Notes: generated by a model not told the origin, from the letters alone. DNA of 64,000 nt from an uncultured Acidobacteriota bacterium (GCA_963843575.1 CAWJKZ010000010.1:320001-384000), one strand, 5' to 3'. Positions 21,890 to 32,565 are shown, numbered from the stretch's first letter. A program made the numbers and translations.

Positions 21890-24115
21890 ATGCGCTACCG
21901 AGTCCTTCTCTTCACCGCGGCGGTATTTGCGCTCTCGCTGACGGTTTCGGCCGTGACACCTCAGTTCTGGGAGAATTTCACGCAGGAGGAACTGCTGAAG
22001 GGAACGCTCACCCGCGTCTCGCTCAACTGGGACGGGAAGCTGTTCCTGGCGCCCGCCTACGACCTCGTCTACGACACCAGCCAACCCTACGTTTTTTCCA
22101 TGGTGCGCGACAAGGCCGGAAATCTCTACGTCGGGACGGGACACGAGGGGAGGGTCTACAAGATTGACCCGCAGGGGAACGGCACGGTCTATTTCCAATC
22201 GAAAGAGCTCGACGTGTTCGCACTGGCGCTGGATCCCTCCGACGTGCTTTACGCCGGGACCTCGCCCGACGGGAAGGTGTACAAGGTCACGGGCCCGGAC
22301 CAGTCGTCGGAGTTCTGCGACCCCGACGACAAGTACATCTGGTCGATGTTGTTCGACGATTCCGGCAACCTTTACGTCGGCACAGGGGTACGCGGGATCG
22401 TGCTGAAGGTCGACCGCAGCGGCAAGAAGTCGACTTTCTACGACAGCGACGACAACCACATCGTGTCCCTGACCCGCCTCGGCGACGGCAGCCTGCTCGC
22501 CGGGACGTCGCCGGGCGGCCTCGTGCTCGAAATCAAACCGCAGGGCAAGGCGTTCACCCTGCTCGATAGCCCGATGGAGGAGATCCGGGCGCTCGCGGTC
22601 GACCGGTTCGGCACGATTTTCGCGCTCGCGTCGAGCGCCAAGGGCCTGACGGCGTCGACGCCGTCCAAGCCCGAGACCCCGATAGAAACCGTCGGCGGCG
22701 CCCTCCCGATCGTTACTATCCAGGCGCTTTCGGCCATGGCCGACAAATCGAAAGACGCCAAGGGGAGCGTCACGGCGCCGGGGGGAGAAAAAGATTCGGC
22801 TGGGGCGAAGTCGTCGATCTACGCGTTGTCCAAGGACGGTAGCGTCGAGACGATATACGCTTCCAGGGACAGCATGCTCTTCGACATCCTGGCTCGCAAC
22901 GACGGGTCCCTGGTCGTGGCGACGGGGAGCAAGGGCCGCCTGCTGTCCATCGATTCCGCTAAACAGGTCAGCGTGATCACGGACTCACCCGAAGAGCAGA
23001 TCACGCGCCTCGTCGCTGCCGCCGATACCCTGTGGGTAGCGGGGAGCAACCAGGGAAGAGTCTACCGGCTGCAGGCGCAGCGCGCCCAAACGGGCACGTT
23101 TGAATCCAGGGCCATGGACGCCAAGGCGGTCGCGACCTGGGGCAAGATCTCCTGGCGCGCCGGCGCCGGTTCCGGCGGAGCCGTTGAGATATCCACACGC
23201 AGCGGCAACACCGACAAACCCAATAGCTCCTGGAGTGACTGGAGCGCCCCCTACACCGCGGCGGCTGGTCAGGATATCGTCAGCCCGAAAGCGCGCTATC
23301 TGCAGTGGCGCGCAAGCTTCAAGCGCGGTTCGACGCCCGCTGCCTACGACGCGCTCGAGCGGGTGCAGATCGCCTATCTCCAACAGAACCTCAGGCCGCA
23401 GGTCGTCAGCATCACACCGCTCCCATACGGGGTGGCGCTGCAAAAAACCCCTTCACTGCAGACCGGAACCTTGAACCTCTCCCCCTCCTCGACCGAATCC
23501 GCCTCGCTCAACGCTCCCAGGGAGCGTGGCAAGGAGCGGCAGCCGCTCTCCCCGCGGCAGGTGCTGCAGCCGGGAGCCCAGTCGTTTACCTGGAAAGCCA
23601 GTGACGACAACGAGGACGATCTGGTCTACTCCCTCTATTTCCGCGGCGACGGCGAGACGGACTGGAAGCTGCTCGAAAAGCGGATCACCGACACGTTCTA
23701 CACCCTCGACGGCGCGGCGCTTCCCGACGGGGTGTACACGCTCAAGGTCGTGGCCAGCGACGCGGAGTCCAACCCATACGGGAAATTCCTGATCGGAGAA
23801 CTCATCTCGAAGCCCTTCGTCATCAGCAACTCGACCCCGCTCGTCGAGGTGTCCGGAAACAAGGTCCAGGGTAAACGGGTGGAGGCGCAGTTCCGTTCGC
23901 GTGTCGCCACCGGGAGGATCGCAACTGCGGAGTTCTCCGTCGACGGCGGCGAGTGGTTTCTGGTATTCCCCACGGACGGGATCGCGGATTCCGCCCAGGA
24001 GGATTTCCAGATCCAGACGGCGGAGCTTGCCCCGGGCGAGCACATCATAGGCGTGCGCTCCAGCGACGCCAACGGGAACACCGGGACGGCGAAGATAGTC
24101 GTCAAGATCCCATGA
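21890..24115 (+). CDS. Secreted beta-propeller protein with C-terminal Ig/FN3-like domains
   Basis: Signal peptide; repeated GNLYVGTG / LYAGTSPDGKVYKV blades; TRSGNT.KP..SWSDWS; PKARYLQWRA; LPDGVYTLKVVASD. Confidence 0.8.
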   Translation: MRYRVLLFTAAVFALSLTVSAVTPQFWENFTQEELLKGTLTRVSLNWDGKLFLAPAYDLVYDTSQPYVFSMVRDKAGNLYVGTGHEGRVYKIDPQGNGTVYFQSKELDVFALALDPSDVLYAGTSPDGKVYKVTGPDQSSEFCDPDDKYIWSMLFDDSGNLYVGTGVRGIVLKVDRSGKKSTFYDSDDNHIVSLTRLGDGSLLAGTSPGGLVLEIKPQGKAFTLLDSPMEEIRALAVDRFGTIFALASSAKGLTASTPSKPETPIETVGGALPIVTIQALSAMADKSKDAKGSVTAPGGEKDSAGAKSSIYALSKDGSVETIYASRDSMLFDILARNDGSLVVATGSKGRLLSIDSAKQVSVITDSPEEQITRLVAAADTLWVAGSNQGRVYRLQAQRAQTGTFESRAMDAKAVATWGKISWRAGAGSGGAVEISTRSGNTDKPNSSWSDWSAPYTAAAGQDIVSPKARYLQWRASFKRGSTPAAYDALERVQIAYLQQNLRPQVVSITPLPYGVALQKTPSLQTGTLNLSPSSTESASLNAPRERGKERQPLSPRQVLQPGAQSFTWKASDDNEDDLVYSLYFRGDGETDWKLLEKRITDTFYTLDGAALPDGVYTLKVVASDAESNPYGKFLIGELISKPFVISNSTPLVEVSGNKVQGKRVEAQFRSRVATGRIATAEFSVDGGEWFLVFPTDGIADSAQEDFQIQTAELAPGEHIIGVRSSDANGNTGTAKIVVKIP

Positions 24116-24141
24116 GGACGTTCCCGTAAACACCCAAGTGG

Positions 24142-24358
24142 GTCCGGGCTTCAGAGGCTGTCCAACGGTTGACGTTCAATCCGGACGAACTCGGCGCCGC
24201 TTTCACTCGTCCTACGGCGGGAATGCTCGGCGCCACGCCGAATTGCGACATGCGACCCTGCGATCTCGGCCTTTGGTGGCGCCGAGGCGCCGCCACCAAA
24301 GCGGCGTCGAGCCGCCGCACTTCACAATCAACCGTTGGACAGCCTCTGAAGCCGGGAC
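24142..24358. mobile_element. MITE-like element (family A) with 20-bp perfect terminal inverted repeats
   Basis: AGAGGCTGTCCAACGGTTGA (24153-24172) and TCAACCGTTGGACAGCCTCT (24328-24347), each flanked outward by a (G/C)GGCTTC arm; internal REP-like palindromes shared with 30840-30996. Confidence 0.72.
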
Positions 24359-25077
24359 GCCCGCAGGACGCGGACTTCGGCCGCGGTAAGTTCACGCATC
24401 TGCCCGACCTGCAGCCCGGCGAGCGTGATCGGCCCGATGCCCGTCCGGACGAGCTTCCGCACAGAGAAGCCGACTGCTTCCATCATGCGCCTCACCTCCC
24501 TGTTCTTTCCTTCGCAGAGAACCACTTCGAGCACGCTGCTGCGCCCGCGATCCTCGACGCGGCGCACGCTCCGCGGCAGCGCCGCGTCTCCCCGCTTCAT
24601 GCGGACGCCCGCTTGCAGGCGGCTCAGCGTTTCGTCGCCGATTATTCCATTAAGCTTGACCAGGTAGGTCTTGGGCACCTGCGACGCCGGGCTGGTGACG
24701 AGGTTCGCGAACCCGGTGTCGTTGGTCAGCAGCAGCAGGCCCGACGTGTCCTTGTCCAGGCGCCCCACGGGTGAAACCCACCGGTGGCGCGAGCCCAGGC
24801 AGTCGTACACGGTCCTTCGCCCTTCGGGGTCCCCGTGGCTCGTGATCACCCCCTTGGGCTTGTACAGGACCAGGTAGACGCTCCGGACCCTGCGCAGCTT
24901 GTCGCCGTCCAGGTGGATCACGTCTTTTCCGGGCGTAACCCAGAAGCCCGGGTCACGCACCACGCGGCCGTTGACCTTCAGGCGGCCGGCCGCGATGGCC
25001 TGCTGCGCCTCGGTTCGGGAGGCGATGCCGAACGTCGAGAGCACGCGGTCGAGGGTCATGACGGTCTTGCGTCGCAT
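24328..25077 (-). CDS. RluB/RsuA-family rRNA pseudouridine synthase
   Basis: S4 domain, LYKPKGVITS, PVGRLDKDTSGLLLLTND, EGKNREVRRM. Confidence 0.93.
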   Translation of the reverse strand: MRRKTVMTLDRVLSTFGIASRTEAQQAIAAGRLKVNGRVVRDPGFWVTPGKDVIHLDGDKLRRVRSVYLVLYKPKGVITSHGDPEGRRTVYDCLGSRHRWVSPVGRLDKDTSGLLLLTNDTGFANLVTSPASQVPKTYLVKLNGIIGDETLSRLQAGVRMKRGDAALPRSVRRVEDRGRSSVLEVVLCEGKNREVRRMMEAVGFSVRKLVRTGIGPITLAGLQVGQMRELTAAEVRVLRASRLQRLSNG

Positions 25078-25275
25078 GCACTACATTTACCACATACTGC
25101 GCGACGCGGGACGGGAGCCATGGATGCAATGGCGCTGCTGGTATCCGAGGAATCCGGGGAAAGGACTGTTTGCACTCGGAGGAATCTGCGGAAGGGCTCG
25201 CGGCTTTACTGCAGAAAAGGACAGCGCGTTTCGGGGTCAGGTCCTGACCATTGCAGGACCTGACCCCGCGTGTGG

Positions 25276-28090
25276 CTAGAACTGGAATCGGAGGGCGAGC
25301 TGCACCTGGCGCTCGCGGTACAACGTGCCGCCAGCCTCGGTGACCGTCCCAAACGTGCTGTTGTAGTTCAGGACTGTCCCGCTCAGCGTGTAGAGCGTTG
25401 TGTTGAGACCGGTGATCTGGGTTCGGTTGAAAATATTGAAGGCTTCGACGAAAAACTCCACGTTCATTCGTTCCCGGATATAAACGCGGCGCGACAGCCG
25501 CATGTCCAGGTTGACGACCCTCGGGCCCGAGAAGGCGTTACGCTCGGTCAGCGGGAAGCGGTTGGCGCCGCCGGACCGGTTGAGGCTGCCCGCCCCGGTG
25601 CCGGTGCCGACGGTGGAGTTGCCGCTGAAGCTCCCCGAAACGAATCCGTTGTACGGGATGCCGGTCCAGAACTGCAGGATCGGCGACAGGGTCCAGCCGT
25701 CGAGCGCGGCCTTGAGGGTCGTGTTGTCGACCTTGACCCGCGGGGAGTAGACGGCGTTGGCCACGAACTTGTGGCGCCGGTCGAAATTCGAACGGCCGTT
25801 CTCACCCTTGATGTCGAAGGCGTTGTAAGGGACGTTGTTCGTGGTGAAGGTCTGGGACGTCTGACCGGTGTCCTCGGCCTTGGCGAGCGTGTAGCTGAGC
25901 CCGAACTGCAGCCCGCTCGAGAAGCGTCGGTCCGCTTGCAGCACGAGGCCGTGATAGGTCGAGTTGACGATGCTCTCGATGGAGGTCAGCTGGCTGAAGG
26001 AGGTGTTCGGGCGCGTCGCCGAGAAAACCGGGATGCTCACGGACTGGCCGTTATAGGGCCCGCCGACGACCGTGAAGGTCTGGTTCATGGTCGGAGCGTA
26101 GAGGTTCCGATCGATAAAGGTTGGCAGCCTGCGGCCGAGGCTCAGCAGATAGGAGACCGACACGGTCGTGTTTGCCACGATCTCCCGCTGGAAGCTAAGA
26201 TCCGCCTGGTGGATCAAGGGGTTCTTGAAGTCCGGCGAGAAGAACTGGATGGCCCCGGTGCCGGCCGGCGCCGAGGAGAGCACGTTCGGGAAAATCGGGG
26301 CCGACGAGGAAGTCGGCGCGACGCTGACCTGGAACTGGCCGCCGGTGGCGCCCGTGTTAACCAGCGCGTTGTAGATCGTAGAATTGATAATGCGTCCGAA
26401 GTAGATCCCGTAGCCGCCGCGCAGCGAAGTCTTCGCGTCACCCGTGAGGTCAAGCGAGAATCCGGCGCGAGGGCCGAAATTCGTTTTGTTGTCGGGCAGC
26501 TGCGAGGTCGCCCGGTCGAGCGTGAGGTTCAGGTTGGGGATCACGGTCGCGGTCGGGTAGGGGTTCTGCGCCTCCGGCATGCTCTCGTATTCGTACCGGA
26601 GTCCGAGATTGACCATCAGGCGCGGCCGCACGCGCCAGTCGTACTGGGCAAACAGATTGTAGTCGTTGGTCGCCAGTTTGGCGCCCAGCGGGCCAAATCC
26701 CTGGAGGAAGTTGCTCGTGTAGCACTTGCCGCGGAAACGCGACGTGTTGTTGACGCAGTTCACGGTCGAGGGGAGCCCGACCTTCCAGTTGGTGTAGTCG
26801 ATGATGAAATCGTTGATGTTGCTGTAGGTGAAGGCGCCGCTCTCATAGCGCAGGTTGCTCAGATCGTTGGTGACGTGGTTGATGTCGAACCCGAACTTGA
26901 GGACGTTGCCGCCGATGTTCCAGCTCACGTTGTCGGTGTACTGGTAGCGGCGCTCGTCCGGGTACTTCGCGCGTTCCAGGAAGTCGGGCTTGCCGAAGTT
27001 GAAGCCGTTGGTCAGCTGGACGAGGGGAGCGGTCCCGTTGACGGCGGTTCTCGGCTCGCCGGTCGCGGGCGGCTGGCTCTGCTGGTATTCGAAGTCGCGC
27101 GCGATCTGGACGCGGAACTCGTTGACCAGCCTTGGGCTGATGGTCGAGACGAGGCGCGCGGTGCCCCAGTCGATCTTCACGAAGTCGTTGCCGAAGCTGT
27201 GATTCCCGTAGGTGTTGGTCGCCTGCGTCTGGATGCCGGCAGGCGATTCCCAGCGCAATCGGTTGTAGTTGATCGTGAAGAGGTGGTTCGAGTTGATCTG
27301 CCAGTCGATCTTGGGCAGGATCAGACGCTGGTCGCCGCGGCGCGGCACGGTGCCGGACAGCGAGTTAAGGAAGCCGACGGCATCGCTGATATTCTGATCG
27401 GTCAGGCCCCTGGAGGCGGCCTGGAGCGCGGTCTTGTTCACCGTGTTGAGGTAGTCGGGGTTCGTGAAGATGCCCAGGCCGGGGAAATTTCGCTTCTGCT
27501 GGTCGTAGCTGAAAAAGAAGAAGACCTTGTCCTTGACGATCGGACCGCCGACGGCGCCGCCAAACTGGTGTCGAACGTCGTCGGGCTTGATCCCGACCCG
27601 CGTTGCCACGCCGTCCTTGAGCACCGACTGGAAGGCGAGGGGGTTGCGCGCACCCCAGCTGTTGTTGCGCTGATAGTAAAAGAGGTCACCGTGCACCTCG
27701 TTGGTGCCGCTCTTGGTGACCGCGTTGGTGACGCCGCCCGCCGCTCGCCCGTACTCAGCGGAGTAGTTCGAGGTGTTGACCTGGAACTCCCGGATGGCGG
27801 ACTGGCTGATCGAATAGCTGATGCGCGTCCGGCCGCGTTCCTCGGAGAAGAACGCCTGGTTGTTGTCGCCGCCGTCCACCGTGTTGTTGTTGAGCAGCCC
27901 CGAAATGCCCCGGAAGCTGATCAGACCGAAGCTGCCGTCCGGCACGGAACCGGCCGCGAGAATCGCGAAATTCGACCAGCGCCGGCCGTTGATCGGCAGT
28001 TCGTTGATCGCGGTCTGGTTGATGTTGGAGGAAAAATCAGGCGTCTCGGTGTTGACGGTCGAAGCGACCGAACTGATCTCGACGACCGCC
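25276..28090 (-). pseudogene. Oar-type TonB-dependent receptor lacking signal peptide and N-terminal domain (5'-truncated)
   Basis: The frame extends upstream of 27945 as VVEISSVASTVNTETPDFSSNINQTAINELPINGRRWSNFA, then DGGDNN, AEYGRAAGG, ...RQVQLALRFQF. Upstream of about 28090 there is no TBDR-like sequence, start or signal peptide. Confidence 0.75.
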
Positions 28091-28274
28091 GCAGAATCGG
28101 GGGTCCCGAGTCAAGAAATCGCTGCAGCCCGCGATGCAGTTGCGGCGCCGAAATCCAAGGCCGGAACCACAAGACCCTCCACTGGGGGATATAGCCCATG
28201 ACGGGGCTTACCCCCGCACCATCCGGGGCGGAATGACGCGACATGTTCGGGCGAACGGTTCTATGATGAGATGC

Positions 28275-28306
28275 GGTTAGCAGGCGGAGGCGCCTGCTAA
28301 CCTTTT
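28275..28306 (+). terminator. Orphan intrinsic terminator
   Basis: GGTTAGCAGGCG-GAGG-CGCCTGCTAACC followed by TTTT. Confidence 0.6.
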
Positions 28307-28544
28307 GCGGTACCCGGGATTTTCCCGGGCAACCGGTACGATCCCGAAATTTTCCTTAATGTAACGCCTGTTTATGCGGTAATTTCGTCGCGCATGGCGC
28401 GACGGTTGCATGGTGTTGCTGTTTGCCCTGCCCGCGCTGCGAACTCGTCCGTCTCAGGGTCCGGGATCCGGGAGAATCTGGGGCGCCGCGCCGTGCGAGT
28501 TCGCTGGTAGTCGGGCGAGGCAGGAAGCCACAAAAAGGAAAAGC

Positions 28545-30738
28545 ATGAACCGCGCGTTTGCCAACCGAGCAGCAAAGGTGCTGTCGCATCGACCTGTGAG
28601 AACCGGCCTCAGGCTCCTGTTCGCGCTCTCTGTGGCCGCGTTGGTGCCGGCCGCAGCCCAGGCGCAGAAGGCCGAGGAGTGCCTCGCCTGCCACGGCGAC
28701 CGGACGCTCACGATGCAGAAGGGTGGACGGATCGTGTCGCTTTTCGTGGACAAGGCCCGGCTGCAGCAGTCCTCTCACGCATCGGTGGATTGTGTCGACT
28801 GCCACCAGGGGATCAAAGCCTCCGAGGTGCCCCACGCCAGGGTCGTGCCTTCGGTCGATTGCCAGCCCTGCCACGACATCGGCGGCTTCGAAAAGAGCGT
28901 GCACGGGAAATCGCAGTCCGTCCCGTCCGGCAGGAATCAGCGACCCGTCGTGGCCGCCGCGTGCAAGGAGTGCCACGGCACCCACGACGTGCTGTCGCCG
29001 AAGGACCCGAAATCCCGCACCAACCCGGCGCACATCACGAACACGTGCGGGAAGTGCCACGCGGACGAAGACACCCGTTTTTCCGGCTCCGCTCACGGGA
29101 TTGCACTCAAGCAGGGGGTCAAAGGCGCGCCGAGCTGCATCGACTGCCACGGCGAACACAACGTGGAACCGGTGCTGTCGAAGGAATCCCCCGTCTACAA
29201 GACGCGCGAAGCCAAGGTCTGCCTCAACTGCCACCTGAACAACCCCGACGTGCGCGGTCGTGTCGGTCCTTCGGCGGGATTTATCGAGGCCTACGAATCG
29301 AGCGTGCACGGCGTGGCGCTGGCGTCCGGAAACGAGAAGGCGGCGACCTGCAGCGACTGTCATGGCGCGCACGACATGAGGAAGTCGAGCGACACGGCTT
29401 CGAAAGTAAACAAGTGGAAAATCCCGGGGACCTGCGGTCAGTGCCACAGTGACATCGCGGGCGTGTACAGCAGCAGCATTCACGGGACGGCCCTGCAGCG
29501 GGGCAACAACGACGCACCGTCGTGTACCGACTGCCACGGCGAGCATCAGATCTTCTCCCCGAAAGACCCGCGCTCGCGCGTGGCGCCCAAAAACGTCTCG
29601 GCCCAGGTTTGCGCCACCTGCCACAACTCGGTCCAGCTCAGCGCGAAATACGGCATCCCGAACGAGCGGTTCCGCACCTTCGCCGACAGCTATCACGGGC
29701 TGGCTTCCCGCGGCGGTTCCGTCGAGGTCGCCAACTGCGCCAGCTGCCACGGCGTGCACAATATCAAGCCTTCGACGGATCCCAGCTCGACCATCAGCAA
29801 AGCCAACCTGGCCAACACCTGCGGACAGTGCCACCCGGGCGCGAGCGAGAACTTCACCAAGGGTGCGGTGCACGTCGTTCTCGCCAAGGAGAGCGACGCA
29901 ATCCTCTACTGGATCCGGACCTTTTACATCGGGCTGATCGTCGTGACGATCGGCGGCATGATCCTGCACAACGTCTTCGATTTCGTGAAGAAATCGAAGC
30001 AGCACATCGCCGTGCGCGCCGGCCTCCTCCCCCAACCCCGCCACGGCGGCGCCCAGTTCGTCCGGATGACGCTCAACGAGCGCCTGCAGCACGCCACCAT
30101 GTTCAGCAGCTTCATCGTGCTGGTCATCACCGGCTTTATGCTGAGATACCCCGATTCGTGGTGGGTCATCCCGATCCGGCAGATTGAGCGAGAAGGCGTT
30201 CGAGGTGCGCAGTCTTGCCCACAGGACGGCCGGTCTCGCGATGGTGGCAGTCAGCCTGTACCACCTCTGTTACCTGGCCATATCCCCGCGGGGACGGCAA
30301 TTGGTGCGCGACCTGTTCCCGAACTGGAAGGACGGACGGGACGTACTGCAAGTGATCCTGTTCAACCTGGGCCTGGCGAAGTCTCGACCCCTCTTCCACC
30401 GCTTCGCATACATGGAAAAGGCCGAGTACTGGTCACTGGTCTGGGGCGTCGTCGTCATGGCCGGCACCGGTTTCATCATGTGGTTCGACAACTTCTTCAT
30501 CAACCTCTTCACCAAGCTCGGCTGGGACATCGCACGGACCATCCACTTTTATGAAGCGGTGCTCGCGACGCTGGCCATCATCGTGTGGCACTTCTACTTC
30601 GTGATCTTTAGCCCTTCCGTCTACCCCATGAGCACGGCGTGGCTCACCGGAAAGATCACCGAGGAGGAAATGGAGGAGGAGCACCCGCTGGAACTCGAAG
30701 AGATCCGGTCGCGGGAGGAGGAGGAGCAGGAGGGGTAG
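28545..30738 (+). CDS. Multiheme cytochrome c (13 CxxCH) fused to FdnI-like cytochrome b, CbcL-like; frameshift near 30184
   Basis: Signal peptide ending AQA; 13 CxxCH motifs counted; a TM helix; then ERLQH, AHR, YH, EKAEYW and IHFYEA..WH heme-b motifs. Confidence 0.88.
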
Positions 30739-30750
30739 CACGCCGCTAGC

Positions 30751-30996
30751 GGGTCCGGGCTTCAGCCCGGACGTCTTTTGATCTGATCTATTTGGCGACG
30801 GCCGCACGTTACAGCGACCGCAAACAGCGTCCGGACGAAAGAGGCTGTCCAACGGTTGATTGAGGAGTGCGGCGGCTCGGCGCCACCAAAGGCCGAGGTC
30901 GCAGGGTCGCAGCCGCAATTCGGCAGGGCGCCGAGGCGCCGGGTATTTCGGGCGCAGGACACAACTGGAAAGCGGCGCCGAGGCTGCCGCACTCCA
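30751..30996. repeat. REP-like cluster with a family A end
   Basis: GTCCGGGCTTCAGCCCGGAC hairpin (30753-30772); AGAGGCTGTCCAACGGTTGATTG (30840-30862); GGAGTGCGGCGGCTCGGCGCC...AAAGCGGCGCCGAGGCTGCCGCACTCC; nearly the reverse complement of 24240-24347. Confidence 0.75.
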
Positions 30997-30998
30997 CA

Positions 30999-31781
30999 TT
31001 AGTCGTAGACGGAAATCTTGCTGAAGGTCATGACCAGGTGGGCGTCGACCGCACGGCCGTTCAGGCTGGCGGGGCGGTACCGGGCCGTCTGGATCATGCT
31101 GTTGAACTCCGACAGCAGGGTGCTGTCGGCCGGGTACTCGAGCACGTCCTGGATTTTCGCCGCGCCGCTGCGGTCCACGACGGCCACTACCGAGAAGGTG
31201 TCATCGTGGCCAGCGCGTGAAGCCGTCTGCCCGAAATTCAGCAGGTAAAGGTCGTTGATCCGGGGCTCGCTTGGGCTGATCGGTCTCCGCTGCGCTTCGA
31301 CGGGCATGAGCCCGAGGTTTTTCAGGACGCCCCAGCCCAGCTGCTGCCGCACATTCGGAGGGGGCCCGCCCCGGTCGTGCGACGAGGGGCCCAGCTGCAG
31401 GTAGAGCGGGCTCATCGCCGCCGTCGAAATCAGCAGGAAAAGCACGCAAGTGGCGACCGTCCCGGCAATCCGCGTCAGGAACCACATGCTCTCGGTCGTC
31501 TTGATCTTCGACCAACGATACTCCCACTCTTCGCGCAGCCACACACGCCAGCTGTCCTGCCGGGCGTTCTCCAGACGGAGCTGCACGAGGTGTCGCAGAT
31601 AAGGGGGTGCCGGCACACTCCCCAAGGCACTCAGCTTCTCTCTCAGCAGGAGCAATCGGTCGAGTTGGCGCCGACAGGACGCGCACACGTTCAGGTGATC
31701 CGCCACCTGAACGGCCCTTTCCGTGTCGAGCATCTCATCGAGATAGGACGAGAGCTCGAGTAAGGCTTGTCTGCATTTCAT
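30999..31781 (-). CDS. Zinc-binding anti-sigma factor with TM helix and C-terminal TonB-C-like domain
   Basis: MKC...LSSYLDEML...HLNVCASC (HxxxCxxC); TM; VVAVVDRSG.AKI.DV...ARYRPASLNGRAV..HLVMTF. Confidence 0.75.
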   Translation of the reverse strand: MKCRQALLELSSYLDEMLDTERAVQVADHLNVCASCRRQLDRLLLLREKLSALGSVPAPPYLRHLVQLRLENARQDSWRVWLREEWEYRWSKIKTTESMWFLTRIAGTVATCVLFLLISTAAMSPLYLQLGPSSHDRGGPPPNVRQQLGWGVLKNLGLMPVEAQRRPISPSEPRINDLYLLNFGQTASRAGHDDTFSVVAVVDRSGAAKIQDVLEYPADSTLLSEFNSMIQTARYRPASLNGRAVDAHLVMTFSKISVYD

Positions 31782-31812
31782 TGCTCCCCCTCCAAACGAC
31801 ATCCGGACACGG

Positions 31813-32565
31813 TCAGCCGAGCGTCCCGTTCAGCCGCCTCTTCAGTTCCTCGCGCCCGCGGGCTATGCGCGACTTCACCGTACCAAGGGATACGTGCATC
31901 GATTCGGCAATCTCCTCGTAGGACAATCCCTCGATGTCCCTCATCACTACGGCGATCCGTTGCTGAACCGGCAGCTTCAACAGCGACTGCTCGATCTGCG
32001 CGCGCTCTTCTTCAAGGAGCAGAGCCTCCTCCGGGGACCTTCCCCCCGCTTCCAGGGTGTCGGAAAGCGCCCGAGTGTGTTCCGAGCTCAAGACATCGAG
32101 CGAGACCGTGCCACGGCGCCGCAGCCGGTTCCACCAGCGGCACCGATTCGAGGCCCGGTTGACGGCGATACGGTAGATCCAGGTCTTCAGCGAGGCCTCG
32201 CCCCGGAATCGGGGCAGTTTCCGGTACACCGTCAAAAACACTTCCTGGGACACATCCAAGGCCTCTTCACGATCACCCAAAACCCGATAGGTCAGATGAA
32301 ACACCATCGAGTGATATCGCTCGAACAAATCGTCAAACTCCACCCTGACTTCCGGGCGCGTTCGCTCGGATACGGATACCTGATCCGCCGAAGCGCTCTC
32401 ACCCTGGAAGTTTCCCAGAGCCAACTCATCCGGAAACATAGGTTTTCGCGCCAACCCGTTCGCAGCACCCATAGTCTGCCTATCGGGATGTGTCCTTGCT
32501 TGTGTTAGACATCTTGAACCCGGGAAAGTTCCGATTCTGCTCGAAATCCGGTGATTTTCCTTCAT
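31813..32565 (-). CDS. ECF sigma factor (RpoE/SigW-like); start uncertain
   Basis: FDDLFERY, EEALDVSQEVFL, FRGEASLKTWIYRIAVN, GLSYEEIAE, GTVKSRIARGR. Confidence 0.92.
   Translation of the reverse strand: MKENHRISSRIGTFPGSRCLTQARTHPDRQTMGAANGLARKPMFPDELALGNFQGESASADQVSVSERTRPEVRVEFDDLFERYHSMVFHLTYRVLGDREEALDVSQEVFLTVYRKLPRFRGEASLKTWIYRIAVNRASNRCRWWNRLRRRGTVSLDVLSSEHTRALSDTLEAGGRSPEEALLLEEERAQIEQSLLKLPVQQRIAVVMRDIEGLSYEEIAESMHVSLGTVKSRIARGREELKRRLNGTLG

Noticed and set aside
25270-28194. 974-aa ORF antisense to the TonB-dependent receptor
   Set aside because: Mirrors the real gene codon for codon; typical antisense open frame with no domain signal.
30170-30200. Programmed frameshift or recoding in the cytochrome, S55, nuoH or lectin genes
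   Set aside because: No slippery heptamer or consistent signal seen; similar single-base indels hit many unrelated genes, so sequencing error is more parsimonious.
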